Source of the DNA: Parasitella parasitica NRRL 2501
Taxonomy: Eukaryota > Fungi > Mucoromycota
Direction: 5' to 3'
Assembly: GCA_025201805.1 (NCBI GenBank)
Contig: MU619414.1
Coordinates: 1 to 45,573, forward strand
DNA length: 45,573 nt
This document shows, piece by piece, positions 26,479 through 37,045 of this stretch; the first letter of the stretch is position 1; each line of letters starts with the position of its first letter. Under the pieces are notes generated by a model. The model ran no database searches, was not told where the DNA came from, and saw nothing but the letters and a program-made list of their open reading frames with translations. The position numbers and the translations under genes are program-made.

Positions 26479-26563
26479 TATTCATCACTTAATTTATGAT
26501 AGTGTAAGTTTATAGCCTTAACTTATAATAGAAATTTGAAGATTATTTAATCCAATACAAATA

Positions 26564-27415
26564 CAACTATCCCTTGGTAGTTGATCCCTGAAAGGCTGAT
26601 TTATCCAATTCACAGCTACTTGTTCTCAAGTAATTTGTACAACATATTCCTGGGTTCTTGCTCCGACCAGGGGAGGGGCGGGGACGATATTATGGCCAAG
26701 ATGATGCTTTCAAGTGGCATCTACTAACAGATGACCTGACTACTATTGGATCGTATTAAACGCTTAAAGTGCCATTTAAAGTCCTTTTGGCCAGAAGGCC
26801 CAAGAAAATAGCTTTCCTGTTGAAATAAAGCTACACTCAATGCTCTGCATACTACATACGTAACATGCAATGCAGAAATCGTTGGCAATAAACTTACGAG
26901 AGAGGGTGATGTCGAGATCATGACACAACTACGTACATAGCAGCCTGGATTTCCCGGGTATTGTACGGATCAAGTAAGATGCAATTTGAGAAAAGGCTAA
27001 ATGCAAGGTGCCTCTTTTTAGGCGCTGTATGCATATGTTAAACTTGCGCTTCCACTGCAATCGGGAACACCTACAGTTTTAGCCAGGCCTGCAGCATACG
27101 TTATATTATCAACAATGTCAGCAGAATGAATAGCAGGCATGGACCTGGTACTAATCAATATGGAACGTATCCCCCGTCCCCCTCCCCAATCAAAGCAACG
27201 AATCTCCTCGGCACAGATACTAGTATACAATATAGCATTCGCCCGGGACCTGGGTGATGAGAAAGTGCTTGGTGGCAATTATCTGCTGATAGTTTGAAAA
27301 CGATTAATTTCTCATTTAAAGCGCGTGAGCAAGCAAACCCAACAAAATGCAATCTAGATATTGTGATGTACTGCCAATTCCCAAACATATGCGTCATACA
27401 GTAGCTTGGATAAAT
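26564..27415 (+). ncRNA. Putative large structured non-coding RNA (~850 nt), family unknown
   Basis: Nested long-range stems 26599-26620/27400-27415 and 26658-26686/27168-27198, plus about ten local helices, most with G-U wobbles on the + strand; no convincing ORF. Confidence 0.6.
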
Positions 27416-27552
27416 GAGGCTATGTTGTGTGTTACATGTTCATGTAATGTCAGTACTCTGCCCACTTCTTTGCAGCGTTTCAACATCCGATGTAAAGCTT
27501 GTACGGTACTAGATCAAATATGCCTGGCTATTTGTTTTTTTATCAAGTAGTC

Positions 27553-27726
27553 ATGAATATTATTTCTCGTGAAGAAGCAGTGTATTTGTTTTATGCCGTT
27601 CCGTTCAATCAAGAGAACGTGAATAAATACACTTCGATAATCAATCAGATTGAGGACGTAGATATATATTTTACTCGAAACCCTCATAAAACCCAGATTG
27701 TTATGCACCAGAGTTATTTACGCTAA
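27553..27726 (+). CDS. Small accessory ORF (MNIISREEAVYLFYAVPFNQ...), copy 1
   Basis: ATG at 27553; conserved at protein level with the inverted copy at 28948-29111. Confidence 0.65.
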   Translation: MNIISREEAVYLFYAVPFNQENVNKYTSIINQIEDVDIYFTRNPHKTQIVMHQSYLR

Positions 27727-27744
27727 TGCATTTGATATTCATTT

Positions 27745-28841
27745 GTGCTTAAAACTTGGTATTTGTTTACAGTAAAAAAAGTTTTTGTTCCTCCTAAGAC
27801 CAATTTTATTGTTACTATAGAATCAAAGGAGCAACTAAAGCAGTTTATACAAATTGTATATCTATCCACTGATCCTAAATCAATAACATATGAGCAGAGA
27901 TTTATGTCACTTAATGATAGTATGTCAGATTTGTGGAAGTATACTTTAGTTTTTCGAGAAGAGCGTATTAACAACTTCGTTAACTGGTGTACGGCACAGA
28001 AGTTTGAATTTCTGAACGCAAGAAATAAAAGGAAACAGAAAGACTCTGAGTTAAGAACATCACAAAGAGCATTATACGTATTAAAGAGTGGCTATAGAGG
28101 TAAGTGACGTTTAACATTATCTGTTTATTATTATTAATTATCGTATTGTAGATATTTTATTGAAAGAGATAGCTAAAGTACATGAAAAATACCAAGACTA
28201 TATTGCCAACTTAAAAAAAAGAAGGCTACTGCATATTAGGATATTGCCCTAAATCAAGATAGAGATGAAGCTGTAAAGTCACTTCGAAACATGATTACCG
28301 GATTGAAAAGCAGGTCTTTAGTCGAATATGTGTACGTCGCTGTCAGTTGCAATGCCAAGACTCCGATGAACAGAAGAGACTTGCAAAAAGTACTCTGCTC
28401 TACCAGCCCGTAAACCTTTTCTCCTGCTAAACAGATTTCAAGGTCTACAGAAGCTGTTAAGAAAAAGAATATGATAATAGGCGAGTTATCAGGAGTGATT
28501 GGTAAAGCACAAGGTATCCAACATCTTACAAAATGCAATTATAATTAATACTAATTTTTGTTGATAGATTTTAAAGGAATTGGCAAAGATGTTTAGTGGT
28601 TATCGATTCGGCGGGTTTAACCACAAACATGAGCGATTTAAAATCATTCATTCGGTATGTGAAGTATTATTTTTTGCAAAACGATTAGCTAACTTTGGCT
28701 TCAGTGAGCATCGCTCATGATAATCAAGTACATGTAGTGGAATGCGATGAGGAAATCGTCAAATTAAAATTTCTATTTAAATTTGATGGTTGAGAAAATT
28801 TATTTCATCGCTCCAAGATGTTACCCTCTCCCACTCCCTAA
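27745..28841 (+). pseudogene. Intron-containing decayed gene with a serine-recombinase (resolvase)-like C-terminal domain
   Basis: Introns 28100-28151, ~28513-28567 and ~28654-28704. The reconstruction reads LKKEGYCILGYCPKS..DEAVKSLRNMITGLKSRSLVEYVYVAVSCNAKTPMNRRD...GKAQ..CLVVIDSAGLTTNMSDLKSFI...FKFDG*ENLFHRS, with frameshifts and stops. Confidence 0.6.
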
Positions 28842-28947
28842 ATGATTTAGTTCTTAAATGATTAATTAAAGCTAGTATTATTTTATCGCTTCAGAAGTTC
28901 GTTTAGTTGCTTGCAAAATTGCAGGATATTGTTTATATTCTAATGGA

Positions 28948-29111
28948 TTAATCTTCATTGATTTTTAGCGAGCAAAGTAATGGGCGCTTCGGATTTTCAG
29001 AGTAGCAAAGGGTTATACCTTCTATTTCATCGATGATTTTGGAATATTTATTCACGCTCTTTTGATTGAACGGAACGGCATAAAACAAACACACTGCTTC
29101 TTCACGAGAAA
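28948..29111 (-). pseudogene. Inverted second copy of the small accessory ORF
   Basis: SREEAVCLFYAVPFNQKSVNKYSKIIDEIEGITLCYSENP aligns with copy 1; 64/67 nt identical over 29045-29111. Confidence 0.85.
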
Positions 29112-29384
29112 AACCAAGTGACGAGCTGAAATGAACGTCCGAAAACCAAGTAGTAAATTTGGTTAAATGAATCATGCAATGTGCTACGATGTTTATTATA
29201 ATATAAATTACTCATTTCAAGGGAATAGTATAACTATATGGGCTGTAGGAATGCAACTAATTACAAAAATGATAAGATGTGGGGTGATGAGTAATACTTG
29301 TTTATCAACATTTAGGCAAAGAGAGAGTGTGTGTGTTCTATAGTATATACAGGCGTAAATATAAATAAACAAATCTGATGATGA

Positions 29385-29927
29385 TTAATCGGTGCAACTC
29401 TCAGCAGCATCCACAAACAGATCTTCATCATCACCATTACCCTTACCCACATCATGCTTGTTGCTGCTTGTTAAAGGCTGCATCAAATTACTACAACTAA
29501 CACTCTTGTCTTGGTTTATAACAGTAACCGTTTCGTTGAATGACACCGACTTGGACCTCGATTTTTTGGTAATTCTGATATCATTCTCAACTTTAAATGT
29601 GTAGGAATTAGTGATGGTGTTTCTCTCTAGCTCTGTACATGTTGCCATGACAGGCTCTTTCGATTCTCCAAGCCAATTCTGATTTTGTGATGGCAGTCTT
29701 TTTATAGCGTGAAAATAAGACGACTGCTTCATCATCATCGCGCTACTGTTTGGTGGTGGTGGTGATATAATGCTATTGGCATTGCTATCAAGGTATATGG
29801 AGAGCAAATGGTAGATTGATTTGTCAATGTCTATTTCTTTCTGGGTCAGTTTTGTTTGCTGCCGTTGTTGCTGCTGAGTGTTATGAAATGTTGGGTATAC
29901 GGCAGGTAATCTTGGTTCAACGTTCAT
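29385..29927 (-). CDS. Hypothetical low-complexity protein with RVxF-like motif
   Basis: Open frame from ATG 29927 (MNVEPRLPAVYPTF), with polyQ and KSVSFNETVTV near the C-terminus. Confidence 0.65.
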   Translation of the reverse strand: MNVEPRLPAVYPTFHNTQQQQRQQTKLTQKEIDIDKSIYHLLSIYLDSNANSIISPPPPNSSAMMMKQSSYFHAIKRLPSQNQNWLGESKEPVMATCTELERNTITNSYTFKVENDIRITKKSRSKSVSFNETVTVINQDKSVSCSNLMQPLTSSNKHDVGKGNGDDEDLFVDAAESCTD

Positions 29928-30238
29928 TTTCTTATTTTCAACTAAAAATGTAGGGAAAGAAGAGGTTCTTTGCTCTCTTTTTATAGAACATTGCGAGAAA
30001 AAAAATGCGATCAAGGGGCGCACAAGGGGTGGCAGCAGGAGAAGCCTATCGTTAGGATTAGAAACCGGCCCAAGAAAGATAATAATGTACTTTTTTAAGC
30101 TTTTCCCGCTTAAAAACACTTGCGGGTGAACACACGGCACACCTTCCGAAAAACTTCATACCGACGCAACCTTATCCCTTTTACTCCATGAAAACTGCCA
30201 AAAATTTCATTCTTGTGAGGGCGAAATATGATGTATTA

Positions 30239-30873
30239 TCATATATGATATTGAATAGGTGATAGGGGGATCTTTGTGCCTAGAAGACAATAACTGAACA
30301 GATGTAGGGAGGTCATCAACCCCATCTTTTTTTTTTCTATCCTTTGATTTGCTTGACTTGACTTGTTTGTTGTTTGTTTTGATGTGTTAGACAGCTTCTG
30401 ATAATCGGCATATTGGTCCAGCACCATTTGACTGACTGTCACCACTATTAGAAGTATCAGCAGGTATTGAAGAAGTGTATGAGTGCTCATCATCTATCGG
30501 CTGATTCAACATTGCAGTGCTTGCAGATGGAATCCGTACTGGATATGGACGAGGGAGAGGGAGTCTTCTTGCAGTTCTATCTACGGCAAATTGTATACAT
30601 GTTTAATTGATTTTATATTTTGGGAGTAGCGCTCCCTTTACATATAAACTGCCATCGGAATTACTTAGATATACGTAGAAGGCACAAGCACCTTTGCGCT
30701 TTTGAACAACGCGATTACATATTCTCGAAACATCGATACCCATCAGTTACACTACTACTTTTCATTTTATTGGGCTTGAGTACAAATCTTGAGGTACATT
30801 TGTTGTTTTCATTTCGGCCCCGAATGCTGGATGAGTACAAATCGTGATGCATACGATTATCCGGGGAACTCAT
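30239..30873 (-). CDS. Possible small membrane-protein gene or pseudogene
   Basis: Hydrophobic stretch LLQYLLILLIVVTV; exon structure unresolved. Confidence 0.25.
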
Positions 30874-31568
30874 GCGAATATGTATTTAATTACAACTATC
30901 AATCCACCATTCCTAAATAAAACAAATATTTTATGAAAACGGCGCATGACAATTCAAATAGTTCAAACGACACACATAACTTGTTGTTCAAAGCTAAATT
31001 CGATCAGTATACGGTTACTAATGACATACAGTAGCGATCACTGGCCCTGAAGAAAGAATCAATAAATTATTTGCATATACCGTAAAATAATCAATTACTG
31101 CATTTAATATCCCAACATTAACCGTGCATTACTAAATGCTCGACAAAAATTAGTTTTTTGTCTTTTTTTTTAGCTGGTCGGCATATGTAGAAATCGCTAA
31201 TATAAGTCGAAAATATTTCATTCTATTCATTTTAGGCCCTCTCATCAGCATAGATTACTTCTGATTTTAAGTGTGCCTCTCTAAGTTAAGTGATTATTTT
31301 GCAATCAATTTTGATACAAAAATATCTATTAGTTGTAGCAAGATCTTTCATATCAATTTAATGATCTGAATATAAATTCATAGAATTATTAAACATTTTA
31401 ATTCCATAATATGGACGTCAACACCAACATCCAAATGAGTCGCATGTATACTTATGAATACAGAATTTAAGCTTTATTATTATTATCAATAGAGCATTGT
31501 AACTAGAACATTGTAACTATTGGATAAGTGTACCTGATATTTCTATACATATTGTAATTGCATTGAAA

Positions 31569-34500
31569 TTAGTCAAGTAAATCTACTAAAGCTATTTTAT
31601 CGTTGAAGATGTTAGTCAAATAAACATGGAAAGTGGGATCACTTTTTCTCACCCTGAAAAATCAATGAGCCGGCTAACGTACATAGAAGCACAATAGCGT
31701 CCAATTTAGCAAAAGGCAATGCACACAATGACCACAACACAATAGCGTTGATAATTCTTGAACAGATGATGACTTTGCCATACAAGTCTACGAACGAATT
31801 AGACAAATTAAATTCTTGGTCATTATCAGTGGTGACATTCTTACCCGAGATTTTTGTATTGAGCGCTTTTATCATTGAATTAATAACCAAAATGAGGCCC
31901 GCAAAGATGAGAAACGTCTTGTAAACAAAGACATTTTCGGTTTCGGTCATTGTATCAGTGAAAGAGCCTCCTGCTCCTTCAGCAGGTTCACTTCTTCGCG
32001 TTAGATGATGGCTATTATTATTATTACCTGAATAATTATCTGAGATGGTGTCAACACCACTAGATGAAATTATTTGTAATGTACTTGTAAAGAGCGTAGC
32101 CGCAATGTATTTACACCATGTGGTCCAGTGGTCGGATTGCAGTTGTTGTTGTTGTTGTTCTTGTTCTTGTTGTTGCCCATTTATTTGCTGTGCCAGCTCC
32201 ATAGGATTGTAATCGACGGTGTCATGATAGGTGTATTCTTTGCTAACCATCATAATAGCTCGTTTAGCTTTACTATGTGCTGTCTCGGCAGTTTTTTCAT
32301 GAATCGGTGTACTTGTGCTTTTTGCTGCATCGGGCGAAGAAGCTGGATGCTCTGAAGAGCCCTTAGTTTCTCCTGTGGTAGGAGTACCGTGCTCACTAGT
32401 CGCTGACGAGGTTCCATGATTTTCTGTTGTGGATGGAGTACTATGCTCTCCTGTTGCAGCGGCAACATTGTGTCCTCCTTCTGAGGCAACATATGGATCA
32501 TCTGCAGGAAGTTTATGGTCTCTGACTAGTTGAAATCTGTAAATTTTAAGGCTACGCAGATGTATTAGAATTAATTATATTAACTTTGAATGCAACTTAC
32601 ATATCAATAAGCGAGATACCAAATGCAACTTGACATAAGTGAAGAGGGAAATGCAGATAAACCCAGATTTGATGGTATTTATTATGCAGAAAGATCTAAA
32701 AAAACAAGAAAAGTTGGTATCATACGAATCAACCTTTTTTTTTTTTTTTGCCATGGATACCTACCTCTTTATTGAAGTCTTCGAAATACATGAAAAAGAA
32801 CCCAAATATGATAAATACAGCTATGAAATTTGGTACACTAATGTAGATCAAATCAAGTTAGCATCTAGTCTTTTTCTTGGTAAAAAAAAAAAAAAAATAC
32901 TTGCACTATGATCAAGTAGTTTCCCGCAACAGAGACCAGAGTGACTAGACCCATCAAGTTCTCTCCCAGTACAATCAAGGAAAGTAGACCAAGTCTTTCA
33001 GCCAAATGACTTGCAGCCCAAGAAAGTGCTTTATCATCACGAACAACAACATTTACCAAAACTTCAGACAAAACACCCATGTACCAGAGAATACGGTGTG
33101 TTTCTTTCTCTAGAATAGATAAGGAGGAAGCCCATAGAGCTATAGATAACAGATTGGCAAAAACATAGAATGCCAAGGCAATTCGGGATTTCGATTTAGC
33201 AAGAAGTGCAACGACAAATACTTTTTTGGGGCGAGGTTAAATATACGTCTGCCATGATGTGCCTGTTGAATGAAACTTACCGACAAAGTATTCTAGAGCG
33301 AGCACAGCTTTTAGTGCTACGTTCAGTTTTAAAAAAGAAAACAATCAGTAAGCACTAAAAGTAAAAATAGAGCGTAATTTACCAATATAGCCATAAACAT
33401 AGCCAGAAGAATTCAAAAAATATTCAGATGATCCAGCCATTCCAACTATTTATAACATGTGTCAATACTGTAAACTTGAATGATGATCGTGCATTACTTA
33501 CTAACTGCGCACATTTCTATTAATTTATAAATATGATGCACAACGTCGTCTCTATTATCATGCACACGTTAACGCGGTTCTTACTATCAACGTATATATA
33601 ATCTTACGTATCAAATCGTGAGGTATATCTAAGCTATAATTAGTATCCAAATCAAGTTACTAGATGACTTCAAACTGCTTACAAAGAGCTAGCACACCAT
33701 GCCCACCAAGTAATGACAAACCACTGTGCGTACAGACCCAGAGATTGCCAGTCAGTGATATGATGGCTGTGTGTAAATTGCGTCAACGTTGCTACAAAGA
33801 ATAAATCATAGAACAGTTCCAGCCATGATGCAGCCTTTTCTACGCCAATGTCTGCACTAAGATCTGGCTCAGGATGCTGAAAGAAAGGACGTCGATTTGC
33901 TTCAGCTGATAATATAATATCGTGATGGCTGTGCTTCGGTTTAAATTCAATGTATACATTTTCATTGAATTCAATGGTGTGGTTTTCGGGATGATGATGG
34001 TGAGAATGGTGGTGCTCACTGTGGGAAGTTTTATGGTGGATTTTAATCGAAAACTCTCGCTTGATTTTGTATAGGAATTCAGTTAGTCCATCTGTATCGT
34101 GAATGCCGTTAAATGCAATGCGTTCTTGCTGAGTAAAATTAAGCTATTGTGTTTGTTGGTTTTGAGTACAAGGGCACACTACTACTGGGGATTAAAAATA
34201 ACACAATTACCCTTTTGCAGAAATCTGTGGCTGCAGCATGATCCAAAACGAATCGTTGATTGCCTCGAAGTTGACGGAAATGCAAAACTATCATGACATG
34301 ATACATTAATATAAAGTTAACATTTTATGCAGTAAATTGTGCACACCTATAGAATAATGAATAACTTCTTGAGCGGGGTCACTTTAATAATAGATTGGAT
34401 TAGCCAAACGAAAATCAAAAAGGGGCTGATGGCAAATGCAAAAATTGAATGTTCGAAATAATTTACCTATTCAAGTATGGCTGCTGCTGTTGTACTCCTG

Positions 34501-34951
34501 TTCCTACTCCTGTTCCTGTCCCTCCTCGACCTCCTTTTCCGCTGCCTGGAGAATGAAGTGCTGACCATCTTGACGTTCTTGATTTGAAACTCTCTCGCCG
34601 ATGCTGATGGTCTTGGAACTCTTGAACTGGATGAGTCAATAAATCACCAAATGTCTCTTCTCCGTGGTGGTACACTGGTTTCTCGTTTTCGTTCGTCTCT
34701 AGCTTTTCATTACTAGTATGATCTCTCAAGTTCACATTCTCAATCATCTCAAATTGATATTTATCATCCTCTTCGTCACTGCTACTGTTTGTTAATCCGA
34801 TTCTCTCTTCTTCGTCATTTCCACCTTGCTGCTGTTGCTGTGGAACCCGATGGATGGTTCTTCCAATGGCAGGTCTGAAACGGCCACCTCGGAGTGTAGG
34901 CCCTCTTCTGATGGATGAATTTGTGCTGGATGTAGGGGATGTGTTACTCAT
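31569..34951 (-). CDS. LtrA-family (low temperature requirement A) multi-pass membrane protein, many exons
   Basis: AASWLELFYDLFFVATL (~33840-33790), HLAERLGLLSLIVLGE, several transmembrane segments; last exon ends ALVDLLD*. Confidence 0.88.
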
Positions 34952-35849
34952 AAGCGTTGTTATTTTGTGCGAGTAAATGAAAGAAAGAGAAAGAACAAAC
35001 TACTTGGCTGCTTTGATTACTTTATATGATTGCTGTATCCCACTAAAGTTTAGTGCCCTTTTGCGTCGATCCCTTTTGGTTTTTCTTTTAATAGTTGGTG
35101 GCACCATAAAGTATCACTCACTTTTAAGCCCTATTAGGATAAATGAGATATATCAGCGCATTCGCATATCTTCGACTATCCTCAGTGTATCAACCTCGTT
35201 GATAGAATGAAGGCTTTTTCTTGGTTTTTTTTATCTAATTACACTATTGTAAAAGTTTTTCTTTTCGGCTAGAAATGCATGGCATACAGCCTAAACTACA
35301 GCGAAACAGCAGTAGCGAAACAACAGCAGCAGCCACATAAAAGACCTTGAGTACTCGTCTTATAAGTTTAAGTAGTTTGTGATTGAAGGATCCAGTTTTT
35401 GAAGAGGTATTCAAATGTGCTGTTGCACAGTTTCACAAAAAAAGAATATTTTTGCTTAACCTCGGTAATCGTACTCCTTACCAGCCCACTTTTTGAACAA
35501 GGCAATTTAATATTCATTAATAATATCTCCTCTATTTCTTTAATTCGACCCATTACCATTTTCCAGTGATTCGATTAAAGATTATATTAATGATGTACCT
35601 GATAATACAACTTGATTTTTCTCTGGCACAGTACTGTAAATAATACAATAAATAAGAGAAGTCTTTTTTTTTTTTTTTTGCTTTCGTGTACAATGCTCTA
35701 GAACTAGTAAATTCACTTGTTCTAATAATATATGTACATGTATAAGCAGCTAAGTGCGAGGATCACTGCTTGCTGATCTGATTACGTAGCATTAAAATGT
35801 TAATGTTGAGTAATGCGCAATTGTCAATTTCTTTCAGTAATATTAGCTC

Positions 35850-36700
35850 CCACTGCATTCACACCAAGTGGATGGGGGAATTTCATCTACATTGAGACAG
35901 TTTCTCTCTTGGTTTGGTAAAGTATGGTGGCGCAGATGATGAAGAAGAAGATAATATACCAAAACCTAGAGGTGTATCATCACTGCTACTACTGCTGTAG
36001 GAAAAACCTATATCCTTTTTAGGCACAGTAAATGTGCACTTTCGTTACTTTTGCTGCTTCATGGCTGGCGACGACGGACGGTTGATTCCTTTTGTCCTTT
36101 ACATTAATGGATTACGATTTTTTATGTCTGCTTTATCAGCCGTTGTAGAAAGCGAAGATGTCGACATAATATTAGCATACAGATTTCACTGTGCCTCTAT
36201 TTCACACTACATGCATTACAAAGTAATCCTGGTCCATTTGGTCCTCTGTAATGGAATTCCTCGTTGCTGCTTGTATTCGTACTCGATTTTGTCATGGTGT
36301 TTATATATGATTTTTCTTCCATCTTTTTAGCTTCAATAATCTGACATCCCTACTTAAAATTTTCGGTATGTTGAATATATCATTTCAGTTATGCCGCTGA
36401 AAGTGTTAACTCTTCAAGGGCTGCTTTCATTTCAGCAACCATCCGGTACTCCAACGCTAATGACAGCAGATTCCATCCCGAATTGGAATGATGTTTTTAT
36501 CTCTGCAAAAACCATGGCCCGTGTTCTTGAAAGCTCTTTGGTCAATCATTAGAACGAAATGGTATGACAACCTGTAGCCCCAAGACGTTAAAATCAACAG
36601 GTTTGGTATATTCTCATGAGCCTTTGCCTATTCGTCGTTAAAACTTGTAAGCTTGCCTCTGTAGGCATCAAAAAGTATTCCTTCGTTTCACTGAAACTCA
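35850..36700 (-). pseudogene. Decayed GATA zinc-finger gene remnant
   Basis: RGPNGPGLLCNACSVK* at ~36247-36197 matches the second half of a GATA finger; surrounding frames have stops. Outer boundaries are approximate. Confidence 0.55.
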
Positions 36701-37045
36701 TTTCGTGATGTTTCAAGCAAAAAAATAACATGTAGCGGTTTGCGATTTCTGGGATGCGTGTCTATCTCCTCACTACGTGTAATGCAAAAGGAGGCAAGAA
36801 TAGAGAATCCAATATTATCAAAGCGCCATTCAGATAGTTGCCAGACATGTAAAACAATTCTGCAACATGTTTTCTATATAATAATGAATAATGCGCCGTG
36901 TTGCTACAAAAATAAAGAAAACGGCATCCAATTAAAGTCGCCTGGCTAATGCTGCTGTAAGAGTAACTTCAATGAAACTTTTTATTTTACTTTGAGTGAG
37001 CTATGCTTGAACAAAGCGACAGAGCAATCAACCATGTAGATACCT

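Noticed and set aside
27030-27240. Group I intron P/Q/R/S-like words (AATCGGGAACACCT, CTGCAGC, AATATAG)
   Set aside because: I could not build P3/P7 pairings or find splice sites by eye.
27211-27262. ACAGA...TAGCAT followed by a stem-loop, superficially like the U6 snRNA or group II intron domain V core
   Set aside because: The ACAGAGA box is imperfect, the spacing is wrong and no other U6 features are present; treated as chance unless a covariance model says otherwise.
29118-29147. Hammerhead-like TGACGAG...CGAAA
   Set aside because: It lacks the CUGA core cytosine and closing stems.
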